The notes: generated by a model not told the origin, from the sequence alone. A stretch of DNA of 64,000 nucleotides from Cenarchaeum sp. (GCA_963692915.1 OY843584.1:512001-576000), one strand, 5' to 3'. Numbered from the stretch's first letter, positions 31,753 through 41,586 are shown. A program made the numbers and translations.

Positions 31753-32325
31753 ATGAGCGCAGACAGCGACGCCGCAAAGGTTTACAGCGAATACACGTCA
31801 TCGAGTTCGGATTCAGGTGAGGCCTCGCAGAACACGTCATCAGAGCGACCGCTAGAGATGCATCCCGAAGGTGCGGCTAGCGCCGGTTCGGGTGACTCGT
31901 GCGGATGCCATGGGGAGGGCGGCTCATGCGAAGGTGATGGTGCGTCGAGCCAGTCCGGAGACAGGCCCGAGGGCGGCCATGACAGCCATGGTGACGGCCA
32001 TGGCGCAGACGGCGCGAGAGAGGGTGAAGGCTCAAAGCAGGACAACGAGCCACGCGACAGGAGTGTTGTGCTCATCGGCATAAAGCCGATCATGACATAT
32101 GTCACGGCAACGCTCACGCAGCTTGCCACGCTTCCAAAGATAACGATAAAAGCGCGCGGAAAGCGCATAACGCAGGCCGTGGACGTCTCGCAGATGATTG
32201 TAAAGAGAATGAACACCGTTGGATACCAGATATCTGACGTTCGAATCGCCTCGGACAGCTTTACTGGCGAGGACGGGCGAAACCGCAAAATCTCCACAAT
32301 GGAGATTGACATCATAAAGTCCTAG
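31753..32325 (+). CDS. Alba DNA/RNA-binding protein with long acidic Gly/Ser/His-rich N-terminal extension
   Basis: VLIGIKPIMTYV, IKARGKRITQAVDVSQ, ISTMEIDI; TTATTAA at 31721-31727. Confidence 0.85.
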   Translation: MSADSDAAKVYSEYTSSSSDSGEASQNTSSERPLEMHPEGAASAGSGDSCGCHGEGGSCEGDGASSQSGDRPEGGHDSHGDGHGADGAREGEGSKQDNEPRDRSVVLIGIKPIMTYVTATLTQLATLPKITIKARGKRITQAVDVSQMIVKRMNTVGYQISDVRIASDSFTGEDGRNRKISTMEIDIIKS

Positions 32326-32957
32326 GCGCGTATAGCCTCTAGCGCAAACAGCACTCCAATTCCTGCCATTGTCACAACGAGCGCAATGTCTGTTACGCGG
32401 CGCACGCGCCCCTGCATCACAGTTGAGCCCCTCCGTGCCAGCGCGGCAACTGCTGCGAGCCACACAATGTCCATGGGTATGTGCAGCGCAAAGAGGATCG
32501 GCGGACCCCATGAGGAGAGTATGTCTGTAGAGTCGGTGACGAGCTTTAGGCCAACAGTTGCCCACCATGCCCAAAAGAACGGGTTGATCGCGCTTAGTGC
32601 AGCACCCATTGCAAGCGCACTGTGCATGCCGGCGCGAGACTGGGCCTTTGAGCCCCTGTGCGATCCAAGGGTACTGCGCGCATGGATGGCTGCAAACGCA
32701 AAGAGCCCTGCTGCGCCAAGCGCCGAGACTGCAGCATGCGCTCCGGGGACTGACCCGAGCGGCACGATTCCTGCCCCGAGCGCAATGACGAGGGGCAGCT
32801 CGATGGCAGCGTGACCAATCGCAAGAAGGACTCCGGCACGCATGCCGCCGCCGCGCATTCCGAGGGCGATGCCGGCGGCAAGAAGCGGTCCGGGCGCGAG
32901 TGCGCCAGAGATGGACACGGCTGCAACGGTGGCCGCAAACGGCCCTAGGGCTTCCAA
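32322..32957 (-). CDS. LysE family translocator
   Basis: SGALAPGP, GHAAIE, NPFFWAWW; about six TMs. Confidence 0.85.
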   Translation of the reverse strand: MEALGPFAATVAAVSISGALAPGPLLAAGIALGMRGGGMRAGVLLAIGHAAIELPLVIALGAGIVPLGSVPGAHAAVSALGAAGLFAFAAIHARSTLGSHRGSKAQSRAGMHSALAMGAALSAINPFFWAWWATVGLKLVTDSTDILSSWGPPILFALHIPMDIVWLAAVAALARRGSTVMQGRVRRVTDIALVVTMAGIGVLFALEAIRA

Positions 32958-32960
32958 CTT

Positions 32961-33692
32961 CTAGCCGTACATTCCGCGCTTTAGCACGCCCTCGCCGGAT
33001 TCAGTCTTGGCCTCGCGAATTGCAAGCTCGGCCTTTTCGGCCTCTGCCTGTAGCGTCGCCATGTCGCACGCCGTGCCGGGCACTAGCCGTGACATTGCCG
33101 TGCACAGGAGCGCACCTGCACGATAGTCTGCGCCTTCGTGCGTGGGGTTGAATAGCACCACAATGACGTTCTGGCTGTTGAGTGCGCCATAGTTGAGCAG
33201 CGATCCGGGTATTCCTGTCACCATTCCGGTTTCCATGACCTCCATTGACGCATCTGATATCTTTTTTCGCGCGTCATCCGTGCTGCCTGCTGCCATGATC
33301 TTTCCCTCTGGCATCTGCGTCCCGACTGCAACACTGCTGACTATCCACGAGACCTTGTGATCGCGCGCCCACCTGAGCATCATGCGCGCTATGGGCTTGT
33401 GCTCTGAGGCCGGAAGCGAGAGATATGAGGAAAAGACTGCGACCTTTATCTTGCTGTTGGCAAACACGCGAGTTGGATGAAATGGCCGCGAGTTCTGAAC
33501 CATGCTCACCGGCGGAAACTTGTCCGAGTCAATCGTCGCGACGGGGGTGAACTTCATCGTGTTTATGAGCGATGCCGAGGCGATTGCGCTCGTGTGCCCA
33601 GTTGAGGGAAACCCGTCTATGAGGTAGCCGCCCTCAACGTCTGTGGATTCTAGCTCGTTTATGTGGTACCTTTGGTTCGTGAGCCGCCGCAA
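32961..33692 (-). CDS. PAC2-family proteasome assembly chaperone
   Basis: LIDGFPSTG..IAS, FPPV, TGIPGSLL, C-terminal GMYG. Confidence 0.8.
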   Translation of the reverse strand: MRRLTNQRYHINELESTDVEGGYLIDGFPSTGHTSAIASASLINTMKFTPVATIDSDKFPPVSMVQNSRPFHPTRVFANSKIKVAVFSSYLSLPASEHKPIARMMLRWARDHKVSWIVSSVAVGTQMPEGKIMAAGSTDDARKKISDASMEVMETGMVTGIPGSLLNYGALNSQNVIVVLFNPTHEGADYRAGALLCTAMSRLVPGTACDMATLQAEAEKAELAIREAKTESGEGVLKRGMYG

Positions 33693-33713
33693 GCGACCAA
33701 CAATAATAGTATT

Positions 33714-34673
33714 TCACCCATCACGGCGACCTTCCATGCGCTCCAGGAGGGCCGCATAGAGAAACGGCAGTGCCACCGTGGCCTCGGCGTGGAGCGTCGC
33801 CTGCCGCGCCCCCTTTGCAACCTTTCCCCACGACACGGCTTCTCTGACCGGTGCGCCGCTCAGACTGCCGTCGTGCTCATCAGCAGTAGTCACGTACAGC
33901 GCATAGTCGAGGCCACCACGGTACTGGTTCCACCATAGCGTGTGGTGCTTTGATATCCCGCCGCCCACCATGAGTGCACCTGACCTCTTTGCGCCAAACA
34001 CTAGCCCTGAGAGCATCTCAGAGTCCCTCACTATGTCGAGCGCAAACTCCGCATGTCCCTGGCAGAACGTCCAGACCTGGCTGCCAACGGCACCGTCCAT
34101 TATTCCTGGCACGATCACGGGTATGCCATTCTTGGCTGCCCAGTGCAGGAACGAGTCCTCGCCCGTGTGCTCACCGATAATCCTGGTCACGTCGGCAGTG
34201 GAGACAGAGCGCGTGCCCGAGTCGTACTCTGCGGCCAGGAACCCTTGCATCTTTTCCTCGATCAGCGTTCCATAGCTTGACGCGGGCACAAGAACGCTGC
34301 CTAGGCGGTGGATGTCCTGGTCTGCGAGCTCCGAGTCATCCATCGTGAACGAGCCGGCGTTATAGTCAGCAAACGAGCGTGCAAGGTCATGGTCCAGCGC
34401 GCCACACGTCGTGATAATGACATCAAACATGCGCCTCTTTGCCATGTCGCGCATGATGCCGCGTAGGCCAGTTGACATTGTCGCGCCCACAAACGAGAGG
34501 AACTTTAGGCATTTGTCGTCTGATTCCATATCATGGAGTATGTCGAGTCCTGCGGCCATGTTTATGGACTCAAATCCGCCCGAGCCGGCCATCTCGGATA
34601 TTATCCCCGCCGGTGACGAGTTGGCGCGTATGCTAATGTCCTTGACGGCATCGCCGAGCTCAACCATGCGCAC
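33714..34673 (-). CDS. dys: Deoxyhypusine synthase
   Basis: STGLRG, GGGISKHH, DGSLSGA..EAVSWGK, AEATVALP. Confidence 0.93.
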   Translation of the reverse strand: MRMVELGDAVKDISIRANSSPAGIISEMAGSGGFESINMAAGLDILHDMESDDKCLKFLSFVGATMSTGLRGIMRDMAKRRMFDVIITTCGALDHDLARSFADYNAGSFTMDDSELADQDIHRLGSVLVPASSYGTLIEEKMQGFLAAEYDSGTRSVSTADVTRIIGEHTGEDSFLHWAAKNGIPVIVPGIMDGAVGSQVWTFCQGHAEFALDIVRDSEMLSGLVFGAKRSGALMVGGGISKHHTLWWNQYRGGLDYALYVTTADEHDGSLSGAPVREAVSWGKVAKGARQATLHAEATVALPFLYAALLERMEGRRDG

Positions 34674-34940
34674 GCCGCAAAGACGCCGGTAATAAAACCC
34701 TGACTAGGCGTGACGCCTTTGGGGGCACGCGCAGCGGCGCAAAGTCTGAACTTTGGCATGGCAGCTCTGATCGCCACATGGTCATGCGATGTGGCCGATA
34801 CGGCAGACACTCGTTGAGTTGCATGCCCGCGACCCCCTGTTCGCGCACATGCCCTGCTTGGGGCCGATTTGGATCCGGTGCGCACGGTCGTCTTGGAACG
34901 GCACGCGCCTATAACTTAAATTGAGCCTAATGTCCCACCG

Positions 34941-36041
34941 TTGACATTGGCAGACAAGATCAAGGTTGCCCTCGTGGGCATTGGAAACTGCTTTGCGGGT
35001 CTCATACAGGGAATAGAGTACTATCGGCGCAACCCCACGCAAGAGGTTATTGGCATAATCCACGACAAGATCGCCGGCCGCGGAATTCATGACATTGAGT
35101 TTGTGTGCGGCTTTGATGTGGGGGACAACAAGGTCGGCTCGACGATAAACGAAGCCATATACTCCAAGCCAAACATGGTCACCTGGATACCCAGGGATGA
35201 GATGCCCAAGACGAGCGCAACGGTCTACGAGGCACCCGCGCTTGACGGTGTTGGCATATGGGTTCACAACCGCATAAACCCGATCAAGAGCGACACGAGT
35301 GTGGAGGAGCTTGGCGAGACGGCAAGAAAGGTGCTGCGCGAGACGGGAGCTGAGGTTCTCGTGTCATACCTTCCCGTGGGTTCCGAGGAGGCCACAAAGT
35401 TCTGGGCACAGGTGTGCCTTGACACAAAGACGGCGTTTGTCAACTGCATCCCGTCGTTTATCGCGTCAGATGAGACATGGGCGAAAAAGTTTGCTGAGCG
35501 CGGCGTGCCCGTTATCGGTGATGACATCAAGGGGCAGGTTGGCGCAACGATCGTCCATCGCACGCTTGCAAAGCTGTGCAATGACCGCGGAACAAAAATA
35601 GAAAAGACATACCAGATCAACGTGGGGGGAAATACTGACTTTTTGAACATGAAGGAGCAGGATCGGCTTGTGAGCAAAAGGATCTCAAAGACCGAGAGCG
35701 TACAGAGCCAGCTTGATGAGCGGCTGGATGATGACAACATATACGTCGGCCCATCGGACTTTATACCGTTTCTTGGCAACACAAAGCTCATGTTTATGCG
35801 AATAGAGGGCAGACAGTGGGCAAACATCCCGTATAACATGGAGGTTCGGCTCGATGTTGATGACAAGGCCAACTCGGCGGGAATCGTCATCGATGCGATC
35901 CGGCTCGCAAAGCTTGCGCTCGAGCAGGGGATTGGAGGGCCAGTCCATGAGGCGTGCGCATATCTCATGAAGCACCCGCCGCGCCAGATGGGCGACCAGG
36001 ATGCGCGCAGGGCGTGCGACGAGCTAATCTCGGGCGCCTAG
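34941..36041 (+). CDS. ino1: myo-inositol-1-phosphate synthase
   Basis: GIGNC, YLPVGSEEA, GDDIKGQVGAT, GGNTDFLNM, DKANSAG. Confidence 0.93.
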   Translation: MTLADKIKVALVGIGNCFAGLIQGIEYYRRNPTQEVIGIIHDKIAGRGIHDIEFVCGFDVGDNKVGSTINEAIYSKPNMVTWIPRDEMPKTSATVYEAPALDGVGIWVHNRINPIKSDTSVEELGETARKVLRETGAEVLVSYLPVGSEEATKFWAQVCLDTKTAFVNCIPSFIASDETWAKKFAERGVPVIGDDIKGQVGATIVHRTLAKLCNDRGTKIEKTYQINVGGNTDFLNMKEQDRLVSKRISKTESVQSQLDERLDDDNIYVGPSDFIPFLGNTKLMFMRIEGRQWANIPYNMEVRLDVDDKANSAGIVIDAIRLAKLALEQGIGGPVHEACAYLMKHPPRQMGDQDARRACDELISGA

Positions 36042-36653
36042 CGCGGCGCGGAGGCTCTCGGAGAGTGACGGCTTGTCTGGCTGCGCAATGACATAGTCGA
36101 GGTCATCGCGCGTGTCGACATCTAGCATTACCCTGCGGACCAGGGCAAGCGTCGTGCGCAGGCCTGCCGCATGGGCAGTCGCGACGTGTATCCTGTGGCT
36201 GTCCTCGTCATAGTGCGTCTCGTGCGCGCATGGCGGCGAGCGCACGAGGGCGTTGGTCCCGTCGAGGCGCCTCGAGGGCACCACGAGGGAGCCGTGCTGC
36301 GGGGCCAGGCGCAGTATGGCGTCAATGTCGCCGGCCTCCACGAGGGGTATGTCCTGGGGGATGACTAGCGATGCCCCATAGTCGCCGGCCACGCCGTCAG
36401 CGAGCGAGACAGCCCCATTGACACCGGCCTCGCGTGGCTCGTCGACGACCTCGGCGCCTGCCCTTGATGCGACAGACGCCGCACGCGCGTCTCCGGTGAC
36501 GACGACTGTTGCTGACACCTGCGAGGAGACGACGGCGTCTAGGACAGATCCGAGCATTGTCTCGCACACTGCCTCGCGTGCCGCACGGCTGGCGTCTAGC
36601 CGGGACTTTGCGCGCGCGAATGACTTTACGGGTATGATTGCCACGGCGTCCAT
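36024..36653 (-). CDS. cofC: 2-phospho-L-lactate/PEP guanylyltransferase (F420 biosynthesis)
   Basis: AIIPVKSFARAKSRL, DIPL, DGTNAL, LDVDTRDDL; downstream of cofD. Confidence 0.9.
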   Translation of the reverse strand: MDAVAIIPVKSFARAKSRLDASRAAREAVCETMLGSVLDAVVSSQVSATVVVTGDARAASVASRAGAEVVDEPREAGVNGAVSLADGVAGDYGASLVIPQDIPLVEAGDIDAILRLAPQHGSLVVPSRRLDGTNALVRSPPCAHETHYDEDSHRIHVATAHAAGLRTTLALVRRVMLDVDTRDDLDYVIAQPDKPSLSESLRAALGARD

Positions 36654-36659
36654 TATGTC

Positions 36660-37577
36660 CTAGCGTGCCTGCTTTAGGACAAACGCCGCCAGTGCCTTCT
36701 CGGCCTGCCTGTTCTTCATCACTATCTTTGCGGTATGCACGTTCATGTCGATGTTGGACATCTTGTTGACAAGTGCCTTGTCCTTTGTGTCGACCACTAT
36801 TGACGAGCACGCGTGCGCGTACATTTTTGCGACGCCGAGTGCGCTAACCTCTATTCCGGCTGCCTCCATGTACTGTGCGGCCGGCCCGCTCACGGCCTCG
36901 TTGCCGACGATGGGGCTCACGGCAATTGTCTTTTTTCGCGCCCGTGCTAGATCCTTCCGTATTGCCTGCAGCTTTAGTATTGGCCCAATGCTAGTCAGCG
37001 GGTTTCCTGGCGCAATGACCACAAGCTTTGAGTCCTGTATTGCGCGGCTGACCTCGGGATTTGGACGTGCCCTGTCGGCTCCATCATAGCGTATTCCTGT
37101 GACAGGCTCGCGCCCCTTGTGCTTTACCCAGTACTCCTGTATGTGCATGTCGCCTTTTTTGGTCGATATTATCGTCTCAACCTTGCTGTCAGTGGATGGC
37201 ATGACATTGACGTTTATCGCAAATCTGCCGCACATCCACCTCGTTATCTCGCTGAGATTCTTGCCGTTCTTTAGCATGTTCGTCCTCATCAAGTGCGTTG
37301 CCGCATCGCGGTCGCCTATGCGAAACCACGTCTCTTCCCCAAATGCCTCCATCTGGCGCAAAAAGTTGAACGAGTCCTTTCGGATTCCCCACCCCTTGTC
37401 ACGGTCGAGGAGGTCGGCTAGGCCGTACACGGTGGTGTCAATGTCAGGGCAGATGTACATGTCGTACATCCACAGGTTGTCGCCCACGTTGCACACGACA
37501 TTGACGTCGCTCTCGCACGCGGCAAGACCCCGTACGAGCTTTATTGATCCCGTGCCACCTGCAAGTACCGTTATCGT
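36660..37577 (-). CDS. cofD: 2-phospho-L-lactate transferase (F420 biosynthesis); probable ACG start
   Basis: The frame extends upstream of the track ORF: (ACG)ITVLAGGTGSIKLVRG..NVGD, CPDIDT, GDRD, PGNPLTSIGPI, VSPIVG. Confidence 0.9.
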   Translation of the reverse strand, partial: TITVLAGGTGSIKLVRGLAACESDVNVVCNVGDNLWMYDMYICPDIDTTVYGLADLLDRDKGWGIRKDSFNFLRQMEAFGEETWFRIGDRDAATHLMRTNMLKNGKNLSEITRWMCGRFAINVNVMPSTDSKVETIISTKKGDMHIQEYWVKHKGREPVTGIRYDGADRARPNPEVSRAIQDSKLVVIAPGNPLTSIGPILKLQAIRKDLARARKKTIAVSPIVGNEAVSGPAAQYMEAAGIEVSALGVAKMYAHACSSIVVDTKDKALVNKMSNIDMNVHTAKIVMKNRQAEKALAAFVLKQAR

Positions 37578-37690
37578 GTGCTCTTCACGCTCCTAGAACG
37601 GGCAAACGTGCCGCACGGGCAAATATTACCCTTTTCAGGGCCGGCAGCGCCCAACAAGGTTTATTAGCGCACGCACGCGCACGAGGCGCG

Positions 37691-38917
37691 ATGAGCAGCA
37701 TGGCGGTGCCCGTTGCACTCGTGGCATCCCTCATGGTCATGGTTCCGTCTGCCTGGGGCGCGACGCTCACGGCCTTTATCGATCCGCAGGACAACGAGGC
37801 GACCTTCAAGCTCAGCTACCTCCAGACGTTCACGATACGCCATGACTCGCAGGGCGAGCTCGCCGGCCTCCTTGAGGGCCAAGAGTGGGTGATCGACGAA
37901 AAGTTCAGCTCTGGCAATCCTGGCGTCACCGAGCTCGCCGAGCGCATCAACAGCGGCATACTTGACAACCGCAGCACAGTCAGGGTCTCTGACCTCGAAA
38001 TTGCCTACAAGGCATCGCTAGTCGAGCGCGAAAAGTCCTCTGACATCAACTACAACCTCCTGATCTCCGGTGCCCTCGTGGACTTTGTCATAAAGGAGGA
38101 GGATCCGAGGAATCCGGGCATCATCGACATGGGATGGAGGCACTTTGACATTGCCGGCCCGATCGTCGTCGACGGCATTGACGTCAACACGCCAATTGCG
38201 GCGATTGAGGACAACTCTCCTGGCGTTTATGCCGCAATAGAGGGCAGTGTGGCCGGCGACTTGCTCTCTGAGAGCCTCATGCAGGCAGAGGGCTTTTCTG
38301 ATCCGCTCGACGTGTGGCACTTTCTCGTTGACCCCACGGGAATCAGCATAGACGCCAACCAGTTTGGGCTCAGCGAGGATATCGCCGGCAAGGTCATCTC
38401 AAAGTACACGCTTGGCGAGAGCAGCATACGCGAGGGCCGCAAGACTGACGAGCTCATCAACATGCCCTTTACGCTGGATCGCGAGTACTATATACGCACG
38501 ATAAACACCATCGACATAGCCGAGACTGCCGTCGTCGGCTATACGTCAATATCCTCACTCGATGACCTCGAGACGCTTGGGTTCTCGTTTAGCGACCCGA
38601 TTGGAACGACCACCGCAACGGGGGCATTCCCAGTGTTTATCGTGTATGGCATGGCCGCAATGGCCGCAGTCGGCGCCGGAATGTTCTTCTTTATCAGCAG
38701 CAGGCAGCTAAAGAAGGAAAAGGGCGCAACGCAGACTGGCATTGACCCGTCAAACCTCCAGGCCTCGGCGACTAGCACTGCTGCCGGCGGATACCAGACG
38801 AACAGGGGAGAGTCACAGCTCCGCTCTGACTATGACTCTGGCTCGTCGTCCTCGCCGGAGCTCACCGAGCCGGACACGACGCGCGGCTCTATGCCAAAGG
38901 GCTGGGAAAAGAAATAG
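37691..38917 (+). CDS. Secreted, C-terminally anchored hypothetical protein
   Basis: Signal peptide ending PSAWG, acidic body, TM segment VFIVYGMAAMAAVGAGMFFFI, cytoplasmic tail. Confidence 0.75.
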   Translation: MSSMAVPVALVASLMVMVPSAWGATLTAFIDPQDNEATFKLSYLQTFTIRHDSQGELAGLLEGQEWVIDEKFSSGNPGVTELAERINSGILDNRSTVRVSDLEIAYKASLVEREKSSDINYNLLISGALVDFVIKEEDPRNPGIIDMGWRHFDIAGPIVVDGIDVNTPIAAIEDNSPGVYAAIEGSVAGDLLSESLMQAEGFSDPLDVWHFLVDPTGISIDANQFGLSEDIAGKVISKYTLGESSIREGRKTDELINMPFTLDREYYIRTINTIDIAETAVVGYTSISSLDDLETLGFSFSDPIGTTTATGAFPVFIVYGMAAMAAVGAGMFFFISSRQLKKEKGATQTGIDPSNLQASATSTAAGGYQTNRGESQLRSDYDSGSSSSPELTEPDTTRGSMPKGWEKK

Positions 38918-39203
38918 GTGCGTGCCAGGAGTAACCCTCCTTCTGTTCTGGCGACATTTGGCTATGCGGCCTACCCGAGCCTGCTGCAGGGTGCTGGGGC
39001 TCTGTCTGGCCTTGCTCCGCGCGGGACAGCCGTTCCATTCCGGCTCCGGAAACCTCAGGCACAGCCGTCACGGTGCGCCGGGCCGGATTCGTTTCTGTTC
39101 TGTTGCCGGCCATCTCTGGCCACCCATCTCCGGGTCGCGCTCCCTGCGTGGAGGGAGGAGTTTCCTCTGCGTTAGCAGCGTGTCGCTCTCTGGCTCGCAC
39201 GCC
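38917..39203 (-). ncRNA. rnpB: RNase P RNA
   Basis: Minus strand has GAGGAAACTCC near the 5' end and ACAGAAGGAGGGTTA near the 3' end (P4 conserved regions), internal ACAGAAA, and a terminal helix GTGCGAGCCAG/CTGGCACGCAC. Confidence 0.9.
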
Positions 39204-39264
39204 CAAGGCCTGCACGAGGGGGCGTATATCGCTATCTCTGCACGCTAGAGCGTATTCTGTACTT

Positions 39265-39442
39265 TCAAATACTTAACAGTTGAGGGACGATGTACGATCA
39301 AATACTTAACAGTTGAGGGACGATGTACGATCAAATACTTAACAGTTGAGGGACGATGTACGATCAAATACTTAACAGTTGAGGGACGATGTACGATCAA
39401 ATACTTAACAGTTGAGGGACGATGTACGATCAAATACTTAAC
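39265..39442. repeat. Perfect 33-bp tandem repeat, 5 copies plus 13 bp
   Basis: Unit TCAAATACTTAACAGTTGAGGGACGATGTACGA at 39265, 39298, 39331, 39364 and 39397, partial at 39430; no spacers. Confidence 0.97.
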
Positions 39443-39518
39443 TATATTTTATACATTTTTTATGCTTAAAAACTTTTAGACATGAAATTTGGAATAATAT
39501 ATAAACCAATTTGCATGC

Positions 39519-41045
39519 ATGACTGACATGAGCGCCGGACCCTGGACACCACAGTTGCTGCGAGACGTGAATCCGTGGTGGGAGCTGCCAGACGTGATAC
39601 GGCAGGATCGTGAGGTTAGGGCATGGCGTGATTCAGGTGAGCGCTATCGGCCTGCGCTCATGGGCGAGATGACGCTTGACTTTGAGTCTGATATGCAGGT
39701 GATCTACACGGTTCGAGGATCGCGCCAGGTGGGCAAGACGACAATGGTAAAGCTGCAGATCATGGATCTCCTGGATCAGGGGGTGGAACCGCAACGTTTG
39801 CTCTACTATTCGTTTGGCCCGCGTGCAACGCTTGACGAACTGTACGATGTCCTGCTGGGATACCTGCGCCTGAGCGAACGTGTCCGCGGTGATCGTAGAT
39901 GCTACATATTTCTCGATGAAATATCATATGTGCCAAAATGGCAAGAGGGACTAAAGGAGATCTCCAACATGGGACGCCTGGCAAATTGCACCATCGTGGC
40001 AACCGGCTCAAATGCCACTGACTTGACACGCGCAACTGAGACGCTTACGGGTCGTCTGGGGCTTGTTGAGGATGGAAACCACAAATCACTCCTTCCAATG
40101 CGCTTTAGGGAGTTTGTGTCAATTATGAACACCGATTTGTCTAAACTTATCACCTCTCACGGCCTCTCTGAGCATGATCGGGCGCATTCTGTGTTTATGG
40201 ACATCGCCACTGGATCCAATAATGAAGTTCTGAATCGGCTAGAGCTCCATATGACCGACCTGGATGTGCTTTTCATGCAATACATGGTGTGGGGTGGAAT
40301 ACCACATGTGGCAAACATGTGTCCCAATGGCATACCAAATCCGCTGTACAGGACATACTTGGATGGCATATTGCATGAATGGAAATTTCTTGGATACTCG
40401 ATTGATTCACTACGCGGCCTTGCGCCACATCTCGTGGATAGTGCGGGAAGCACTTTTTCGTGGAACAGCATGGCAGATGCGCTCTTGTGCTCCCGTCAGG
40501 AGTCCAAAGACCGCCTATGCGCGCTGCGTGACATGTATGTGATCTCGGTTATGGATAACTATAACGTGCATGGCAAGATTGCGCACCACCGCAAGTCCAA
40601 AAAGCTGCACTTTCGAGATCCGCTCTTTTACCACATCTTTGCCACGTTGTCTGGCAAACGCTCCTCTCCGTTTGAGCAGAGCAAGGCATGCGTGGACGAT
40701 CCCACTATTCGTGGCAAGGTGGCCGAGTGTGTGATGGCCGATCACCTCTCTCGCTTTGCCTACTCTGCATCGGTTCGAAAAGCGCTCTTTGATCCGTCCG
40801 ATTATGTTTACTATTGGAAGTCGGGGAGACACGAGGTGGACTTTGTGTATATTGGAAGCGATAACATCCCAATTCCAATTGAGGTAAAGTATCGCTCCAA
40901 GATCAACCACAAAAACTTTGACGGCATGGCAGAGTTTCTAAACGTTAGCGGCGCGGGGCGTGGAATTGTTGCCACACGACGAGAGTATGACATTCGGCGC
41001 GACTATGCGCTTGTTCCGCTGCCGATGCTGCTAATGCTGATGTGA
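39519..41045 (+). CDS. AAA+ ATPase (AAA_14 + DUF4143) with C-terminal PD-(D/E)xK-like motif
   Basis: GSRQVGKTT, IFLDEI, ATGS, GGIP, KKLHFRD, YYWK..EVDFV..IPIEVKY; lower GC than the flanks. Confidence 0.88.
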   Translation: MTDMSAGPWTPQLLRDVNPWWELPDVIRQDREVRAWRDSGERYRPALMGEMTLDFESDMQVIYTVRGSRQVGKTTMVKLQIMDLLDQGVEPQRLLYYSFGPRATLDELYDVLLGYLRLSERVRGDRRCYIFLDEISYVPKWQEGLKEISNMGRLANCTIVATGSNATDLTRATETLTGRLGLVEDGNHKSLLPMRFREFVSIMNTDLSKLITSHGLSEHDRAHSVFMDIATGSNNEVLNRLELHMTDLDVLFMQYMVWGGIPHVANMCPNGIPNPLYRTYLDGILHEWKFLGYSIDSLRGLAPHLVDSAGSTFSWNSMADALLCSRQESKDRLCALRDMYVISVMDNYNVHGKIAHHRKSKKLHFRDPLFYHIFATLSGKRSSPFEQSKACVDDPTIRGKVAECVMADHLSRFAYSASVRKALFDPSDYVYYWKSGRHEVDFVYIGSDNIPIPIEVKYRSKINHKNFDGMAEFLNVSGAGRGIVATRREYDIRRDYALVPLPMLLMLM

Positions 41046-41079
41046 TTGCCGGCGCACATGATTGGCTGATGCTAGCCGG

Positions 41080-41586
41080 TCAGTTGAGTATCTTTAGGCT
41101 TCGGCACACCGCGTACAGGTTGCGCCTGAGGTTCTTGTCAAGCAGCGTCTCCATCTTTTGGCGGAGGCGAACCTTTGCGCGCTCGCGCTCGGCGCCGTCA
41201 GGCAGCGAGAGGACCTCGTTTATCAGCTCGGGGAGCGACTCACGAACCCACGCGTCGAGTATGGCATAGTCGCGCGGCGATATTGGCACAACGTCAGGCC
41301 CCTCGTCGAGGACTCCGGTGAACGGCTCGTGCTCTATGCGGTATATCAGGGCAAACACACAGTTTTCTGGCGTGGGCTCGCGGAGTATCTCCTCTGACCT
41401 CGAGCCGGCCTTTCCCTGCGCGACCTTGTTGCGCAGGCCCACGGGATCGATGAGCGCGCCGTTCACGCCTATCCTCCTGCCGTCGACTCCGGTCGCCACT
41501 CCCACAAAACACCTGACCGTCTCGCCGTCACGCACGCGCGCAAAGACGTGCGTTCCCTCGGAGATCCCGCGCTTTTTGCCAAACAT
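41080..41586 (-). CDS. Hypothetical protein
   Basis: MFGKKRGISEG.. 168 aa, host-like codon usage, TATA-like element upstream. Confidence 0.7.
   Translation of the reverse strand: MFGKKRGISEGTHVFARVRDGETVRCFVGVATGVDGRRIGVNGALIDPVGLRNKVAQGKAGSRSEEILREPTPENCVFALIYRIEHEPFTGVLDEGPDVVPISPRDYAILDAWVRESLPELINEVLSLPDGAERERAKVRLRQKMETLLDKNLRRNLYAVCRSLKILN

Noticed and set aside
38889-39248. Short ORFs, or SRP RNA
   Set aside because: The region carries the RNase P RNA conserved regions; no SRP helix-8 motif was seen.
39265-39442. CRISPR array, or a repeat peptide ORF (IVHRPSTVKYL)n
   Set aside because: Units are contiguous and identical with no spacers, and no cas genes are present; the ORF follows from the 33-bp period.
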